Positions 1-10,500 of a stretch of DNA of 64,000 nucleotides are shown here, in pieces. Each line of letters opens with the position of its first letter. Within the stretch, counting starts at the first letter, position 1. Below the pieces are notes generated by a model. The model ran no database searches. It was not told where the DNA came from and was given only the letters and a program-made list of their open reading frames with translations. Origin of the DNA: Minisyncoccota bacterium (GTDB lineage: Bacteria; Patescibacteriota; Minisyncoccia; Phycocordibacterales; XYD1-FULL-46-19); assembly GCA_041665625.1 (NCBI GenBank), contig JBAYIK010000003.1, positions 2,967 to 66,966 on the forward strand, written 5' to 3'. The position numbers and the translations under genes were made by a program.

Positions 1-692
1 GCGAATAGTAATTCAACAAATTTAGGATGGGAGCGAGAGAGACGGAGGTTAATACCACGAGGAGTTTCCTCTACTTGATAGAGATAAGCTCGGATTCTTT
101 CTCCTGGGCGATAAAATTCACCGGGAATCTGGTCGTCACGCAAGAGGACACCAACCGCTCGGCCAAGATCAACAAAGACGGTTCCGCGGTCAACTTTTTG
201 GACTGAACCACTAAGGATTACGCCAACTTGATCTTGGTATTCACCAAGGGTACTCTCTTTCTCTGCTTCACGAAGGCGTTGGATAATGACTTGTTTGGCT
301 GTCTGGGCAGCAATACGGCCATAATCATCCTTGGCTTCTAAAGGAAAGACGATCTCATCGCCAACCTGGGAGTCCTTCTTGATCTTACGGGCATCGGCAA
401 CGGTTATATGGTGCTCGGAGTTGAACTTAGGACGTTCGTCTTCGTCATCTTCGCGTTCCTCATCTTCCATGCGAGCAGTGGTCTCGTCGGCCACAATTTT
501 TACTTGGTAGAAACTAGTAACGCCAGTGTCCAGGTCGAATTTGGCCCGGATAATTTGACCCTTTTTGCCGTAGTCTTTTTTATAGGCCGCGACAAGGGAA
601 TCCTCAATAGCGGTGAGGATTTTCTCTTTGGGGATATGCCTTTCCTCTTCCATTTGTTCGAGGCCGGCACGTAGTGCTTTAAGATCGATCAT
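1..692 (-). CDS. nusA: Transcription termination/antitermination factor NusA, N-terminal and S1 region (partial, runs off the window edge)
   Basis: Reverse-strand translation from ATG at 690-692 reads MIDLKALRAGLEQMEEERHIPKEKILTAIEDSL...QTAKQVIIQRLREAEKE...GVLLRDDQIPGEFYRPGERIRAYLYQVEETPRGINLRLSRSHPKFVELLF with no stop before position 1. This matches the NusA N-terminal/S1 consensus (QTAKQVIVQKVREAER, LFVSRS.P). It is absent from the ORF track because there is no stop inside the window. Confidence 0.75.
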   Translation of the reverse strand, partial: MIDLKALRAGLEQMEEERHIPKEKILTAIEDSLVAAYKKDYGKKGQIIRAKFDLDTGVTSFYQVKIVADETTARMEDEEREDDEDERPKFNSEHHITVADARKIKKDSQVGDEIVFPLEAKDDYGRIAAQTAKQVIIQRLREAEKESTLGEYQDQVGVILSGSVQKVDRGTVFVDLGRAVGVLLRDDQIPGEFYRPGERIRAYLYQVEETPRGINLRLSRSHPKFVELLF

Positions 693-910
693 ATAATTTA
701 ATTTTAGTCTCGCCGAGCGAGATATTATTAATAATAAAATTGGGTAAAAAAATGGTCCGTTGGGACACAACAGACTACTACATTAATAGTAAACTTTTTT
801 TATAATATGTCAACTTATCAACAGCCCTAAGGCCATTTTGGGTTGTTATGTGCTTAGTTATTAAGATATAATTAGGGCATCTAATTATTAGTCTCTAAAT
901 TTATTTATAT

Positions 911-1225
911 ATGAAGTCTTCACCAGAAAATTTTGTTGCGAGAGCCGGCAAGCGCCCCTTGGGTCTCATTGTTGCCGTTGCTGTTGTTTTGATTATTATA
1001 ATTATTCTGGTGATCTTGTCAGGCAAAGGTTTTCTTAAATCTCCAGCTGATTTAAACCAAAGCGGGGTCCTGACTGATACTCAAAAAATAGAGGCCCTCC
1101 AAAGTCTTCCCATGGGTGAGGCTCCTATCTCTGATGCCGAGAAGATAAAGGCACTCACTGATCTTCCCCTGGTCCAAGATTCTATCTCTGATGCCGAGAA
1201 GCTCAGAGCTCTAAATAGCCTATAA
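911..1225 (+). CDS. Small single-pass membrane protein with tandem ISDAEK(I/L)(K/R)AL decapeptide repeats
   Basis: N-terminal hydrophobic stretch LGLIVAVAVVLIIIIILVILSG is followed by the repeated motifs ISDAEKIKALTDLP / ISDAEKLRALNSL. Same architecture as ORF 7047-7412. It sits immediately upstream of a giant secreted protein gene. Confidence 0.5.
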   Translation: MKSSPENFVARAGKRPLGLIVAVAVVLIIIIILVILSGKGFLKSPADLNQSGVLTDTQKIEALQSLPMGEAPISDAEKIKALTDLPLVQDSISDAEKLRALNSL

Positions 1226-1250
1226 ATTTATTATTAACTATTTTATTAAA

Positions 1251-3656
1251 ATGATTACAAAAAATTTAAAATTGTTCGTTCTCGTCTTCTTCTCAGGAAT
1301 TGCCCTGTCTTTAAGTCTGGTAGTAATGGCTATTGATATCCCAGCAACTCCTCCTGTCAGTACTCCCCCCCATTGTGATCCTGCTGTCGATGGCCCTGGT
1401 TGTTATTCTCCTGTCAACGTTAGTGCTGTAACCCAAAATAAGCCAGGCAAATTGCAGTTGGGCATATTGTATTTGAACGAAGGCTTTATTCCCGGCAGTA
1501 CCCCAACCACAACTCTCAGTAATACCTTTGCCTCTATCGTTTCGGGTTATGGCTATTTGAATATTTTTGGACGAGGAACGCCGGCCAATCGTACCGTTAA
1601 GATTTGGGAGAATTTAATTGTCCCAGGCAATATTTATGCCAAGAACTATTATATTTGTTCTGGTGATGGTACTAATTGTAATCAATTTACTGGCGGAAGC
1701 TCTTATTGGGTTAAGAATGGCGAAGGAGAAATAATCACTCCTTATAAAGTGGGTATTTCTGGGGCAAATCCTAGTAGTGGCCTTGATTTGGCTATTGGGG
1801 ATCCTAATGTTGGAATTAGGGTTTCTACGACGACAGGCTTGATGTCTATATATAATGGTATTTCACGGCTGACGATCTCTTCCACCGGGGTTATCTCTGT
1901 CCCAGAGTCTAAGCCTATTATTCTCGGGGCTGGGACGTTGACTGGTCTACCGACGACTCTTGAAATCAAAGGAGTGGGAGTTACCGGCTCACGCAAGGTG
2001 ACGATTTTAGACAAAGTTTTTACAAATGAAATCTGTACTATCAGTGGCGTTTGTAATTCTGTTAGTGAGATAATCAGTGGGGTTGATAAAATTGTGGCTG
2101 GCCCTGGCGTGACTGTTTCTCCGGCTGATGGGAAGGGGACAGTCACAATTTCTTCAACGGGCTCAACGGGGTCTAGTCTTTGGACTGCGAATGGGGCTAA
2201 TATTTATAATTCTAACACTTCTGGCAATGTGGGGATTGGCGTGACTAATCCTGGAGCCAAACTTGATGTCGGTGGTGCCGGTTACTTCTCTGGCGGCCTA
2301 GTTTCGGCTGGAGGCATCAATATTATGAATAGCAAAACCCTTAAACTCGGTGATGAAACTGGTGACCAGGGTAAAATTGGAATGAAAACTTTCGCCCCTA
2401 ATAATAGCCTTGATATTGTTGGCTTTGGTTCTCTGGGAAACAGAATGATAAAACTCTGGGATAGTGTGACTATTCCCGGCTCAATTTGTGATGGAGCGGG
2501 GAGTTGTAGTCTGGTAAAAAATATTCTTGAGGGGTCTGGATTCTGGGCTAAGTCTCGTGGCACTAACAATATTTCTACCGCTTCTAATGTGGGAGTTAGT
2601 GGTGCTAGTCCTTCGGCTAGTGGTTTAAATATTGCTGTTTTTGATAACGTTGGTTTGAAATATGATTCGACGACGAAAGAATTGCAATTATTTAATGAGA
2701 AACCACGCATAATCATTGGCGGAACTGGCGATATTACTATCCCGTCAACCAAAAGACTTTGTCTTGGTGCCGACTGCCGCACTTCTTGGCCAACAGGTGG
2801 AGTAACAAGTGTTACCGCGGCTGATAGTAGTGTTCTCGTCACTCCGACAACAGGGGCCGTTACCATCAAAGCCAATCCTGCTAATAATGTCTGGACCAAA
2901 GTTCCAAGCCAATCAGAAGCTTATTATACCGGGCATATCGGTGTTGGTGGTGCCACTGACCCTGCCGTGGGGGTCTATATTGCGGTTGGTTCAAATGACG
3001 CAGGTCTTAATTGGGATGGGAATTTGAATCTTGTGACCAGTAATACGAAACGAGTAACTATTGATCCCTCAGGCAACACCACTTTTGCCAAAGTAGCTAC
3101 TTTTAATGGTGGAATTAAGATGATGACTAATTCTTATGTTGCGACCGATCGATTTCTTAAATTTGGGGACCAAACTGAAACCGTTGGTTTAATTGGAATG
3201 GAATCTTTTTCTGGGAATGGCTCTGACATTCTTGATATTGTCGGTGGCGGGGTAGCTACTCCTGCCCGGAATACTCGTGTCGTTAGAATTTGGGATAAAC
3301 TAAAAGTCAACGAACTCTGTAGCCCCGATGCTGGGACCTGTTCTACTGTCTCAAGAATAATTGATGTTATTAATAATCCTGTTGAATCTGGCTTTATCCG
3401 TTGTCATTTCTGGCCAGGTGATCCGGATGTTGTAACCGTTACTCCGGCCGGTTCCCCTAGCTGTTCCAGTTCAGGTATTAATGGCGCCGACCAGACGACT
3501 ATGCGTTGCCCAAGTGGCTACGAAGCTTTAGCCGGAGGTGTTAGTTGTGGAGGGGGAAATCGAATTGAGGCCAGTGTTATTAATGGTGATAATGGCTGGT
3601 TTGTTAATTGCAATAATAATATTGATTATTCTAATTTGACTTGCGTTAAAAGATAG
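1251..3656 (+). CDS. Giant secreted Gly/Thr/Ser/Asn-rich surface protein (801 aa) with Cys-pair motifs and a Cys-rich C-terminus; paralog of 3826-7026
   Basis: Signal peptide MITKNLKLFVLVFFSGIALSLSLVVMA. Shares the N-terminal motif PP.CDP....GC with the next gene. Recurrent ...C.....G.C... pairs (ICTISGVCNS, SICDGAGSCS, LCSPDAGTCS). Contains the motif SGNVGIGVTNPGAKLDVGG, reminiscent of phage tail-fibre-like repeats. Unusual G/T/S/N-rich composition. Confidence 0.6.
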   Translation: MITKNLKLFVLVFFSGIALSLSLVVMAIDIPATPPVSTPPHCDPAVDGPGCYSPVNVSAVTQNKPGKLQLGILYLNEGFIPGSTPTTTLSNTFASIVSGYGYLNIFGRGTPANRTVKIWENLIVPGNIYAKNYYICSGDGTNCNQFTGGSSYWVKNGEGEIITPYKVGISGANPSSGLDLAIGDPNVGIRVSTTTGLMSIYNGISRLTISSTGVISVPESKPIILGAGTLTGLPTTLEIKGVGVTGSRKVTILDKVFTNEICTISGVCNSVSEIISGVDKIVAGPGVTVSPADGKGTVTISSTGSTGSSLWTANGANIYNSNTSGNVGIGVTNPGAKLDVGGAGYFSGGLVSAGGINIMNSKTLKLGDETGDQGKIGMKTFAPNNSLDIVGFGSLGNRMIKLWDSVTIPGSICDGAGSCSLVKNILEGSGFWAKSRGTNNISTASNVGVSGASPSASGLNIAVFDNVGLKYDSTTKELQLFNEKPRIIIGGTGDITIPSTKRLCLGADCRTSWPTGGVTSVTAADSSVLVTPTTGAVTIKANPANNVWTKVPSQSEAYYTGHIGVGGATDPAVGVYIAVGSNDAGLNWDGNLNLVTSNTKRVTIDPSGNTTFAKVATFNGGIKMMTNSYVATDRFLKFGDQTETVGLIGMESFSGNGSDILDIVGGGVATPARNTRVVRIWDKLKVNELCSPDAGTCSTVSRIIDVINNPVESGFIRCHFWPGDPDVVTVTPAGSPSCSSSGINGADQTTMRCPSGYEALAGGVSCGGGNRIEASVINGDNGWFVNCNNNIDYSNLTCVKR

Positions 3657-3699
3657 TTATTGTATCTGATCTTTCTTCTTTCTAAAGTATAGAATCATA

Positions 3700-3730
3700 A
3701 AATGCCCTTCACTGGGGCATTTTATGATTT
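3700..3730 (+). terminator. Rho-independent terminator
   Basis: Hairpin ATGCCC-ttcactg-GGGCAT followed by TTTATGATTT, directly after the stop at 3656. Confidence 0.5.
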
Positions 3731-3825
3731 AGGAGTGCTTTTGTGGATAAAACAATATCTTTTTTAAAATATAAGTTTTATAATGTAAACAGCTATTTTT
3801 TCTATTATTAATTATCTTTTTTAAA

Positions 3826-6800
3826 ATGATTACCAAAACTTTTAAGCTCCTCGCTCTTGTTTCCCTTTTCTGTCTTGTTGCTTTATTTAGCCAAACAGCC
3901 TTGGCCTGGGATCAACCACCCGCGGGGACGCCTCCGGCCTGTGACCCCAATGTCACCCAGGGTTGTAACCCTCCAATCAATACCGGCTCTGTTGACCAAA
4001 TTAAAAAAGGAGGGCTGACAATTAAAGGCATCGCGACGACGAGTGGAGCCTTGATGGTGAATAATAATTCTTATTTTAATTACAATACTTATCTCAATAA
4101 CGCTAAAGGCATTATCTTCAATAGCCAGGGCAAATCTGGGGCGAGTCAAACTCTTTACGGCATAATCTACGCCTCTTCAACTGATTTAGGTATCAATGGT
4201 GTTGGTACTGCTCCCAACCGCCTGGTGAAGGTTCGCGATAATCTCGTGGCTCTTGGTTCAATAACGTCACAAAGATTTTGTTTGGGGACAGACACGCCAG
4301 CAAATTGTCTGACCAAATGGCCTACTGCTGGTGTTTCTGGGGATTCTTATTGGACAAAAGTTACTGATCAAAACGAGATAATATATCCCAATGCTATTGG
4401 GGTAGCTGGGGCAACCGATCCTAATAACACCTTGGTCGGCCGAGCTGTGGATATTGCTATTGGAACGAACCTGACAGGGATAAAGGCAGATACGGCAGGT
4501 TCTCAATCCTTATCGTTAGTTACTAATGGGGTAAACCGTCTAACTATTGCTTCGAATGGAGCCCTCTCTGTTCCTGAATCGAAGCAGCTTAATCTCGGCA
4601 CTGGTGTTATAACTGGTTGGAATAATCTCGGCTACCTGGAGATTAAAGGTATCGCCAGTACAACGGTTAATACTAACTTGAATGTTCGTATCCGAGATTA
4701 TCTTACTACTAGTTACATTTGTAGCGTTGGTGGAATTTGCAAAAAAACTGAGGATATTGTTAATAATCTTGATGGCCTGTGGACTAAAATTACTGGCACT
4801 ACGAATATTAATTATAGTGCAGGCAATGTTGGGATCGGATCAATTGTTGCTTTGAATGGCACGACTAATAATAATCCAGGCTTGAAGCTTGAAGTGAGTG
4901 GTTCTAATGGCTTTCCAGCTACTAGTGGTACAGCCCAAACTGGTTCCCTTCGAATAAGTTCTGATGTTAGCCACGCTGTCTTAGATATGGGGGTGGGTAA
5001 TTTGAATGTTGGGGCTACCGACCCTAAGGCTGGTTGGCTTCAGGTTTCTAATAAATCTAGCTTGAACGCTATTCATCCATTATTCTTAAATCCTAATGGC
5101 GGTACCGTAAAAGTTCCAAGCCAAGGGATTAATGCTTTTGCTGTTGGAATGTCTGGTAATCCTGGCGAGGAAGAAGGTATGTTCACGGCAAAAACTACTC
5201 AACCTGGCATCTGGGCCGCCTCTATTACATCAGCCAATGCGAATGCTAAAGGCTTGCGAGTTTATAATCATGGTGGAGGGGTAATTGAGAATACTGCTCT
5301 CGATGTCGTTTTGTCCACAATAGGATCAGTTTTGAAGGTTGACGGCAAAGGGAATACCATCGCGCCATCTATCTTTTCTAACTCTCTAACTCTTTCTGGT
5401 GTGGCGCCAACAGACCCCGCTAACACAAAGAACGCTCTTTATGCTGTGACTGTTGGAGCAACCGGGGAAACGATAGTCCCAGGTAATCCTGGTGTGACTT
5501 ATGCAAGTTGTCGGGAATTTAGTAGTGCTAATAGCTCAGGATTTTATGACCTTTATGATACTATCCCTGAGTGTGTGGCCGATTATCCGGGCGTAGTTGT
5601 CATTGGGGCTACTCCAGAAACAACTGTTCCAGGTACTCCGGGCACGGCAAAACTTTTCTTTGATGGTAAGCCGATTGGGGATAGCGCTTGGACAGCAAAC
5701 GGTGATGATATCCAAAATAGTAATGCTGGTAACGTCTTTATCGGAGGGGCCACGATGCAAGTTAGTCGAGACAAGGTATCTATTCCTTCTTCTCAGAACA
5801 ATTCGCTTGTTGTCGGTATGCCCGGCAACTTTGGAACTGATGAAGTTGGTGTTTTTACGACCAAAACAGTTCAACCTGGTATCTGGGCCGCTTCTATCAC
5901 TTCAGCTAATGCCAACGCAAAAGGTTTAAGGGTCTACAATAATGGTGGAGCTTCCGAGAATACTGCCTTTGATGTTGCTCTTCCTTGGGGTTCAGCGTTG
6001 AAGGTTGACGGTAGAGGTGCCGTTACTATTCCTAATTGGCTCTTTGCTGGCAAAGCGATGATCGCTGGGCTCGATTTTGACAATAACTCTATTTACTTTG
6101 ATGGTGGCTGGGGTGCGAGGATTAATTCCCCGGCGATTGGAAATGGCCAATCCTTAAGATTTTATGAGGGATCTCCTAATACAAGAGAAAGATATGGGAT
6201 GATGTTGGAGAATGATCCTGTTAATACCGGGAAATCAAGACTTTTGGTTGATAAGATTTGCAATCATGATGGCTCTAAATGCATTAATATAGAAGATATC
6301 TCCGGAACAACAGGCCAAACTCCTCCTCCTCCTCCTCCAGTTGTCACCGGGGCCCCTTACATGGTTATCAATGGCTATAGTTCAAAGACTGTTCAGTATG
6401 TTGACTTAGCCAATCGAGACGTTGGGTACAGTATCACTGTCTATAATAGTATTGCTCAATGTAAAGTTCAAAGAAACGATTTGACAGGGACAGATCAGGT
6501 TATTCAGGTTTTGGGTAGCGGCGACATTGTCGTCAACGGTCACCCTGACAGTACTAATTATGGTGCTGAATTTTATTTCCCTAAACTCTGGAAGCCAATT
6601 GGAACAGCCACTGTTCTTGGCACTGCCGAAGATACTATCACCCTCTCTTGCCCTGGTTATGCACCTCAGACTATGTATGTTCGGGTGAAGCCAGCAATAA
6701 CTTCTTTAGACCTAGAATTAGCTAATAACGATAGAATCCCTCATGCGGCCTGGACGGCCACCCCGACGGGGTATGCTTCTGGTCGACAGGGGAACTGTAC

Positions 6801-7026
6801 TGTTGTCTTCTCTCAAGTAGGGGCAACAACTAATGGTGCGGCATATATCAAACCTGCCCAAACTAAAACTGGTGGAATGATCGGCGATGTTGAAGTCAGT
6901 ACTAAGGGCGCCCTTTGTCCAATTAATGATTGGAAAGAGCAGTATTGTCGAATAAGAGCGACTCTAACTTGTGAGCTTAATGGTTTGACAGTGACATCAA
7001 CAAAAGATTCTGAGAACACTTACTAG
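3826..7026 (+). CDS. Giant secreted surface protein (1066 aa) with an internal ~60-aa duplication, a poly-Pro linker and a conserved ~220-aa C-terminal module shared with 7558-10989
   Basis: Signal peptide MITKTFKLLALVSLFCLVALFSQTALA. Motif PPACDPNVTQGC is shared with the previous gene. Duplicated segment F(T)(A/T)KT.QPGIWAASITSANANAKGLRVYN.GG. PPPPPP linker at ~6320. The C-terminal YFPKLWK...TMYVRVKPAI...GRQG.C.VVFSQVGATT...GALCP...YCRIRATL.CELNGLT is near-identical to the C-terminus of giant 3. Confidence 0.6.
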   Translation: MITKTFKLLALVSLFCLVALFSQTALAWDQPPAGTPPACDPNVTQGCNPPINTGSVDQIKKGGLTIKGIATTSGALMVNNNSYFNYNTYLNNAKGIIFNSQGKSGASQTLYGIIYASSTDLGINGVGTAPNRLVKVRDNLVALGSITSQRFCLGTDTPANCLTKWPTAGVSGDSYWTKVTDQNEIIYPNAIGVAGATDPNNTLVGRAVDIAIGTNLTGIKADTAGSQSLSLVTNGVNRLTIASNGALSVPESKQLNLGTGVITGWNNLGYLEIKGIASTTVNTNLNVRIRDYLTTSYICSVGGICKKTEDIVNNLDGLWTKITGTTNINYSAGNVGIGSIVALNGTTNNNPGLKLEVSGSNGFPATSGTAQTGSLRISSDVSHAVLDMGVGNLNVGATDPKAGWLQVSNKSSLNAIHPLFLNPNGGTVKVPSQGINAFAVGMSGNPGEEEGMFTAKTTQPGIWAASITSANANAKGLRVYNHGGGVIENTALDVVLSTIGSVLKVDGKGNTIAPSIFSNSLTLSGVAPTDPANTKNALYAVTVGATGETIVPGNPGVTYASCREFSSANSSGFYDLYDTIPECVADYPGVVVIGATPETTVPGTPGTAKLFFDGKPIGDSAWTANGDDIQNSNAGNVFIGGATMQVSRDKVSIPSSQNNSLVVGMPGNFGTDEVGVFTTKTVQPGIWAASITSANANAKGLRVYNNGGASENTAFDVALPWGSALKVDGRGAVTIPNWLFAGKAMIAGLDFDNNSIYFDGGWGARINSPAIGNGQSLRFYEGSPNTRERYGMMLENDPVNTGKSRLLVDKICNHDGSKCINIEDISGTTGQTPPPPPPVVTGAPYMVINGYSSKTVQYVDLANRDVGYSITVYNSIAQCKVQRNDLTGTDQVIQVLGSGDIVVNGHPDSTNYGAEFYFPKLWKPIGTATVLGTAEDTITLSCPGYAPQTMYVRVKPAITSLDLELANNDRIPHAAWTATPTGYASGRQGNCTVVFSQVGATTNGAAYIKPAQTKTGGMIGDVEVSTKGALCPINDWKEQYCRIRATLTCELNGLTVTSTKDSENTY

Positions 7027-7046
7027 CAACAACTAACCTTAATAAA

Positions 7047-7412
7047 ATGGATTTTAATCAAAATTCTCCACTTCAAAATCCGCCAGAGGCAAAAATTGCT
7101 TACCCTCTAGCCGGTGATAAAAAAGGGAAAAAGAATCTTATCGTTGGCCTTATTGTCTTAGTTATAATTATTATTGTGGCCCTCATTCTTGTCGTTAACT
7201 ATAAGGGCTCTGACAAAATGAGCGTACCCGGTCTCACCGAGGAAGAGAGAAGGGCAATTGTTTATTCTTTAGAAAAAACAGCAGCGGAGGCTCCCAAAAT
7301 AACCGAGGAAGAGAGAAGGGCCGTTATTTACTCTTTGCAGGAGACGTCCAAGGCTGCTCCGGCCCTAACCCCCGCCGAGCGTCAGGACATTCTTAAATCT
7401 TTGGCTCAATAG
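7047..7412 (+). CDS. Small single-pass membrane protein with tandem TEEERRA(I/V)(V/I)YSL repeats
   Basis: Hydrophobic segment LIVGLIVLVIIIIVALILVV is followed by LTEEERRAIVYSLEKT / ITEEERRAVIYSLQET / TPAERQDILKSLAQ. Architecture parallels ORF 911-1225. Confidence 0.5.
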   Translation: MDFNQNSPLQNPPEAKIAYPLAGDKKGKKNLIVGLIVLVIIIIVALILVVNYKGSDKMSVPGLTEEERRAIVYSLEKTAAEAPKITEEERRAVIYSLQETSKAAPALTPAERQDILKSLAQ

Positions 7413-7437
7413 CCGCCTAAATAAAGATCAAGTAAAC

Positions 7438-7475
7438 AAAAACTCCCCAAGATAAAGAATGGGGAGTTTTTGTTT
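7438..7475 (+). terminator. Rho-independent terminator
   Basis: AACTCCCCA-agataaagaa-TGGGGAGTT followed by TTTGTTT. Confidence 0.55.
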
Positions 7476-7557
7476 GGGGATAAACGGATATCTTTTTTAG
7501 GACACAAGTTTTATAATAAGAGTATTACCATTATTTATCAATTTAATTTTTAATAAA

Positions 7558-10500
7558 ATGAACTTAAGAAAAATTTTCGTTCTTGCCCTATTTCTTTCTC
7601 TATTTGTTTTGCCGGCTTTGACGCAGGCAGCAACGACTCCTAATGTTCCTAATCCGAGCTGGACAGCTTGGGGGAGTTGCCCCGCCATCACCTCGGCTAC
7701 CGCCTGTGGTAATTTTCTGTATCGGACAAGAATTTGTACTGGCACCCGTTGTCCATCTATGCGTGTCCAGTCTAAAATCTGTGGTTATGCTCCTTGTTCT
7801 TTAGATCAAAATAAAGCGGAGTTTGTTGAGATTACCGGGGCTCCGAGTACTTCAACTCTCACTCCTCGGCAGGAGTTCGTCCTAACTGTCAAAGTGAAGA
7901 ACACTAGTGATATCTTTTGGCCTAAACAATCTACCGCCAACTTGGCTAAAAAGGCCTATGGTTATCGACTAGCTTTTGTTGATATTAATGCCGATGTTAA
8001 CGCTGATGGTTATAGCGACTACACCAACGTTTGGGATTACTCATACGGTCTGACTTTAAATCAAGATATCGCGACAGGTAGTATCGCCACTTTCTCCAAA
8101 AAAATTAAGGCTCCTTCTAAAGCTGGGACCTATACTCTAACGATGCAGATGTACCAGCAGAATCGAGGCCTTTTTGGACCAAAATCCGAAACAAAGACAT
8201 ATACGGTGGGGGGTGGCGATACCGATATCTTAGCTAACCCAACCCTCGATTCTTATGGTGACTGGGAGATAAAGACTGCGATGAAGAAGCTTAGTTGGGA
8301 TAAAAAAGCTTTTTCTTCTTCGTATGTAGAGATTTGGATGTGCCCATCCACCGTTGTCATTCCTTCTTCTGATGATTGTATTAAGTCATATGGAGGGACA
8401 GATGCTGTTAATAGCGGTTCCCGGGATATTGGGCTACCTTTAGGTGTTACCCCTGGACTTTGGAAGGTCTTCGTTACTGGTACGACAAACGGCACTGTCG
8501 GATCTGGTTTTACCCCAGTGGTAAAATTGGTTGATAATAGTGGTATCGTTTCTTTGGGAATTAGCGGTGTTGATGTTGGGGGCACAAGCTTTAATGAGGT
8601 TTCCGACATTTGGACAAGGGGGATGAGTAAAGCTGTTGACTGGGTAACTACCGGTGATATCAACCATGTTAAAATCTCAATTTGCCCAGTTGGGTTAGAT
8701 ACTTGCCTCTTAGCTAAACATAATGATGTTACTCTCGATAACGTTCTTAACGATGATGATTATTCTCCTGTCACCATTCCTTCAAATTCTACCTATACTC
8801 AAGCCAAAATTAAGGTTGAAGACAAAACTAACTCTAGCCGATTTGGTTTAAGTCCCGTCTTTACGGTGGGGAGTGCTAATGTCGTTGTCTTGGCCAACCC
8901 TTATTTTACTGACGCGAGTGACTGGAATATTACCGGCCAGACTAAGATTATTAAATGGGACCCTAAGGCCTTTAGTAATGGTGCTGGGAATGTAGATATC
9001 TGGATGTGTAAAGCTGGTGTTAATACCTTTAGCACGACAAATGGCGACTGCATTAACTCTTATTTAGGCGTACCTAACGCCGGGGAGAGACAAATTGGTT
9101 TACCTGGCAATATAACAACCGGGTATTGGAGAGTCTATATTAAGAATTCTCTCGTTGGAAACTATAATGGTGCTGGGTTTACCCCACAAGTAAGACTAGT
9201 GGGCGGTAATACTAACGTTCCTAACGGTTTTAGTGATGTTTTAATTGAAGGGGTTAGTGGTACGGCTGACAATACTTGGTATGCTGGAACGAAAAAGAAT
9301 ATTAGTTGGCGCCGTAATGGCACCATGCCTTCAATTAATCTTCGGATTTGTTCTGTTGGGGCTTCTTCCTGCCCTTCTTACTTACTTTATAATAGTGCAC
9401 AAACAAATGGCGTAAATGATGTTACCCTGCCCGATAATATTGCGCTTGCCCCTGGTGCCTATTTCCTTAAGGTTGAGAATTACGCTAACACTAACCAGTC
9501 GGCAGTGAGTGCCAACTTTACTGTGGGAGCGGCCCCTTCGGTCTTGGCTAGTCCCTATTTAACTAACACAAATGACTGGAATATTACGGGGCAGACAAAA
9601 ACTCTTAAGTGGGGAGCCTTAGCCTTTAATTCTGGTACTGGGAATGTAGATATTTGGATGTGTAAAGATGAGGCTGGCTTCAGCGCTACTAATGGTAACT
9701 GTCTCAATTCTTATTCTGGCGTGCCTAACGCTGGTGAAAAACAAATTGGTTTACCTAGCAACATAACAACTGGGTATTGGAGAGTCTATGTTAAGGGATC
9801 GAGAGGGGATAATTCAAGAGCCGGATTCACCCCAAAAATTAAATTAGTTAGTGATTCCGTCGCGACTGTCTATGGTTCTCTTCGAGCTGCTTCTAATCAA
9901 CCGTCAGTTGGGCAGGTTCGCATTGGTGCCACTAGTGGTAATGGTTGGACCAGTGATTATACTTACCCTCAGATGAATGATACTGTCTGTCCTGGTGGAA
10001 ACTGCATTGTCTCTCTTAAGACAACAAACTCGGCTTATCGCTTTGTGGCTAATAGTGGGCCTCAGACCTGCACAGGGGACGCTAACACTGGGGTAAGAGT
10101 TTGTACTTTCCCTCGTACAACTGACAATATCTCAGTCATCGGTACCTGGGAACTTATTCCTATTAATCCCCCCCCAGAGGCTACTGGCCCAACCTGGACA
10201 GCCGTAGGCTCTTGTTCCCTTCCTTGTGGTAGCGGGACTCAAACTTGGACCTGTGCTGGGACCGCCTGCCCTCGTGCTAGAGAGGTCCGATCCTGTAATA
10301 CTCAGTCTTGCCCCTTATCTGTTGCTCCATCGATGTCTATTAATGGTTATGATCAAAACCAAGTCTATGTTGATTTAAATACCAGAGATGATGGATATAA
10401 TATCTTAATTAAGAATAGCATCGTCGGTTGTTATGTGATGAGAAATGGTAACATTATTGAGCTTTTAAGTGGAGGTGATATTGCCGTGAGCGGTTATCGA

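Noticed and set aside
408-674. 88-aa + strand ORF at the left edge
   Set aside because: It lies entirely inside, and antisense to, the clearly recognisable nusA coding sequence on the minus strand (1-692). No RBS, no domain.
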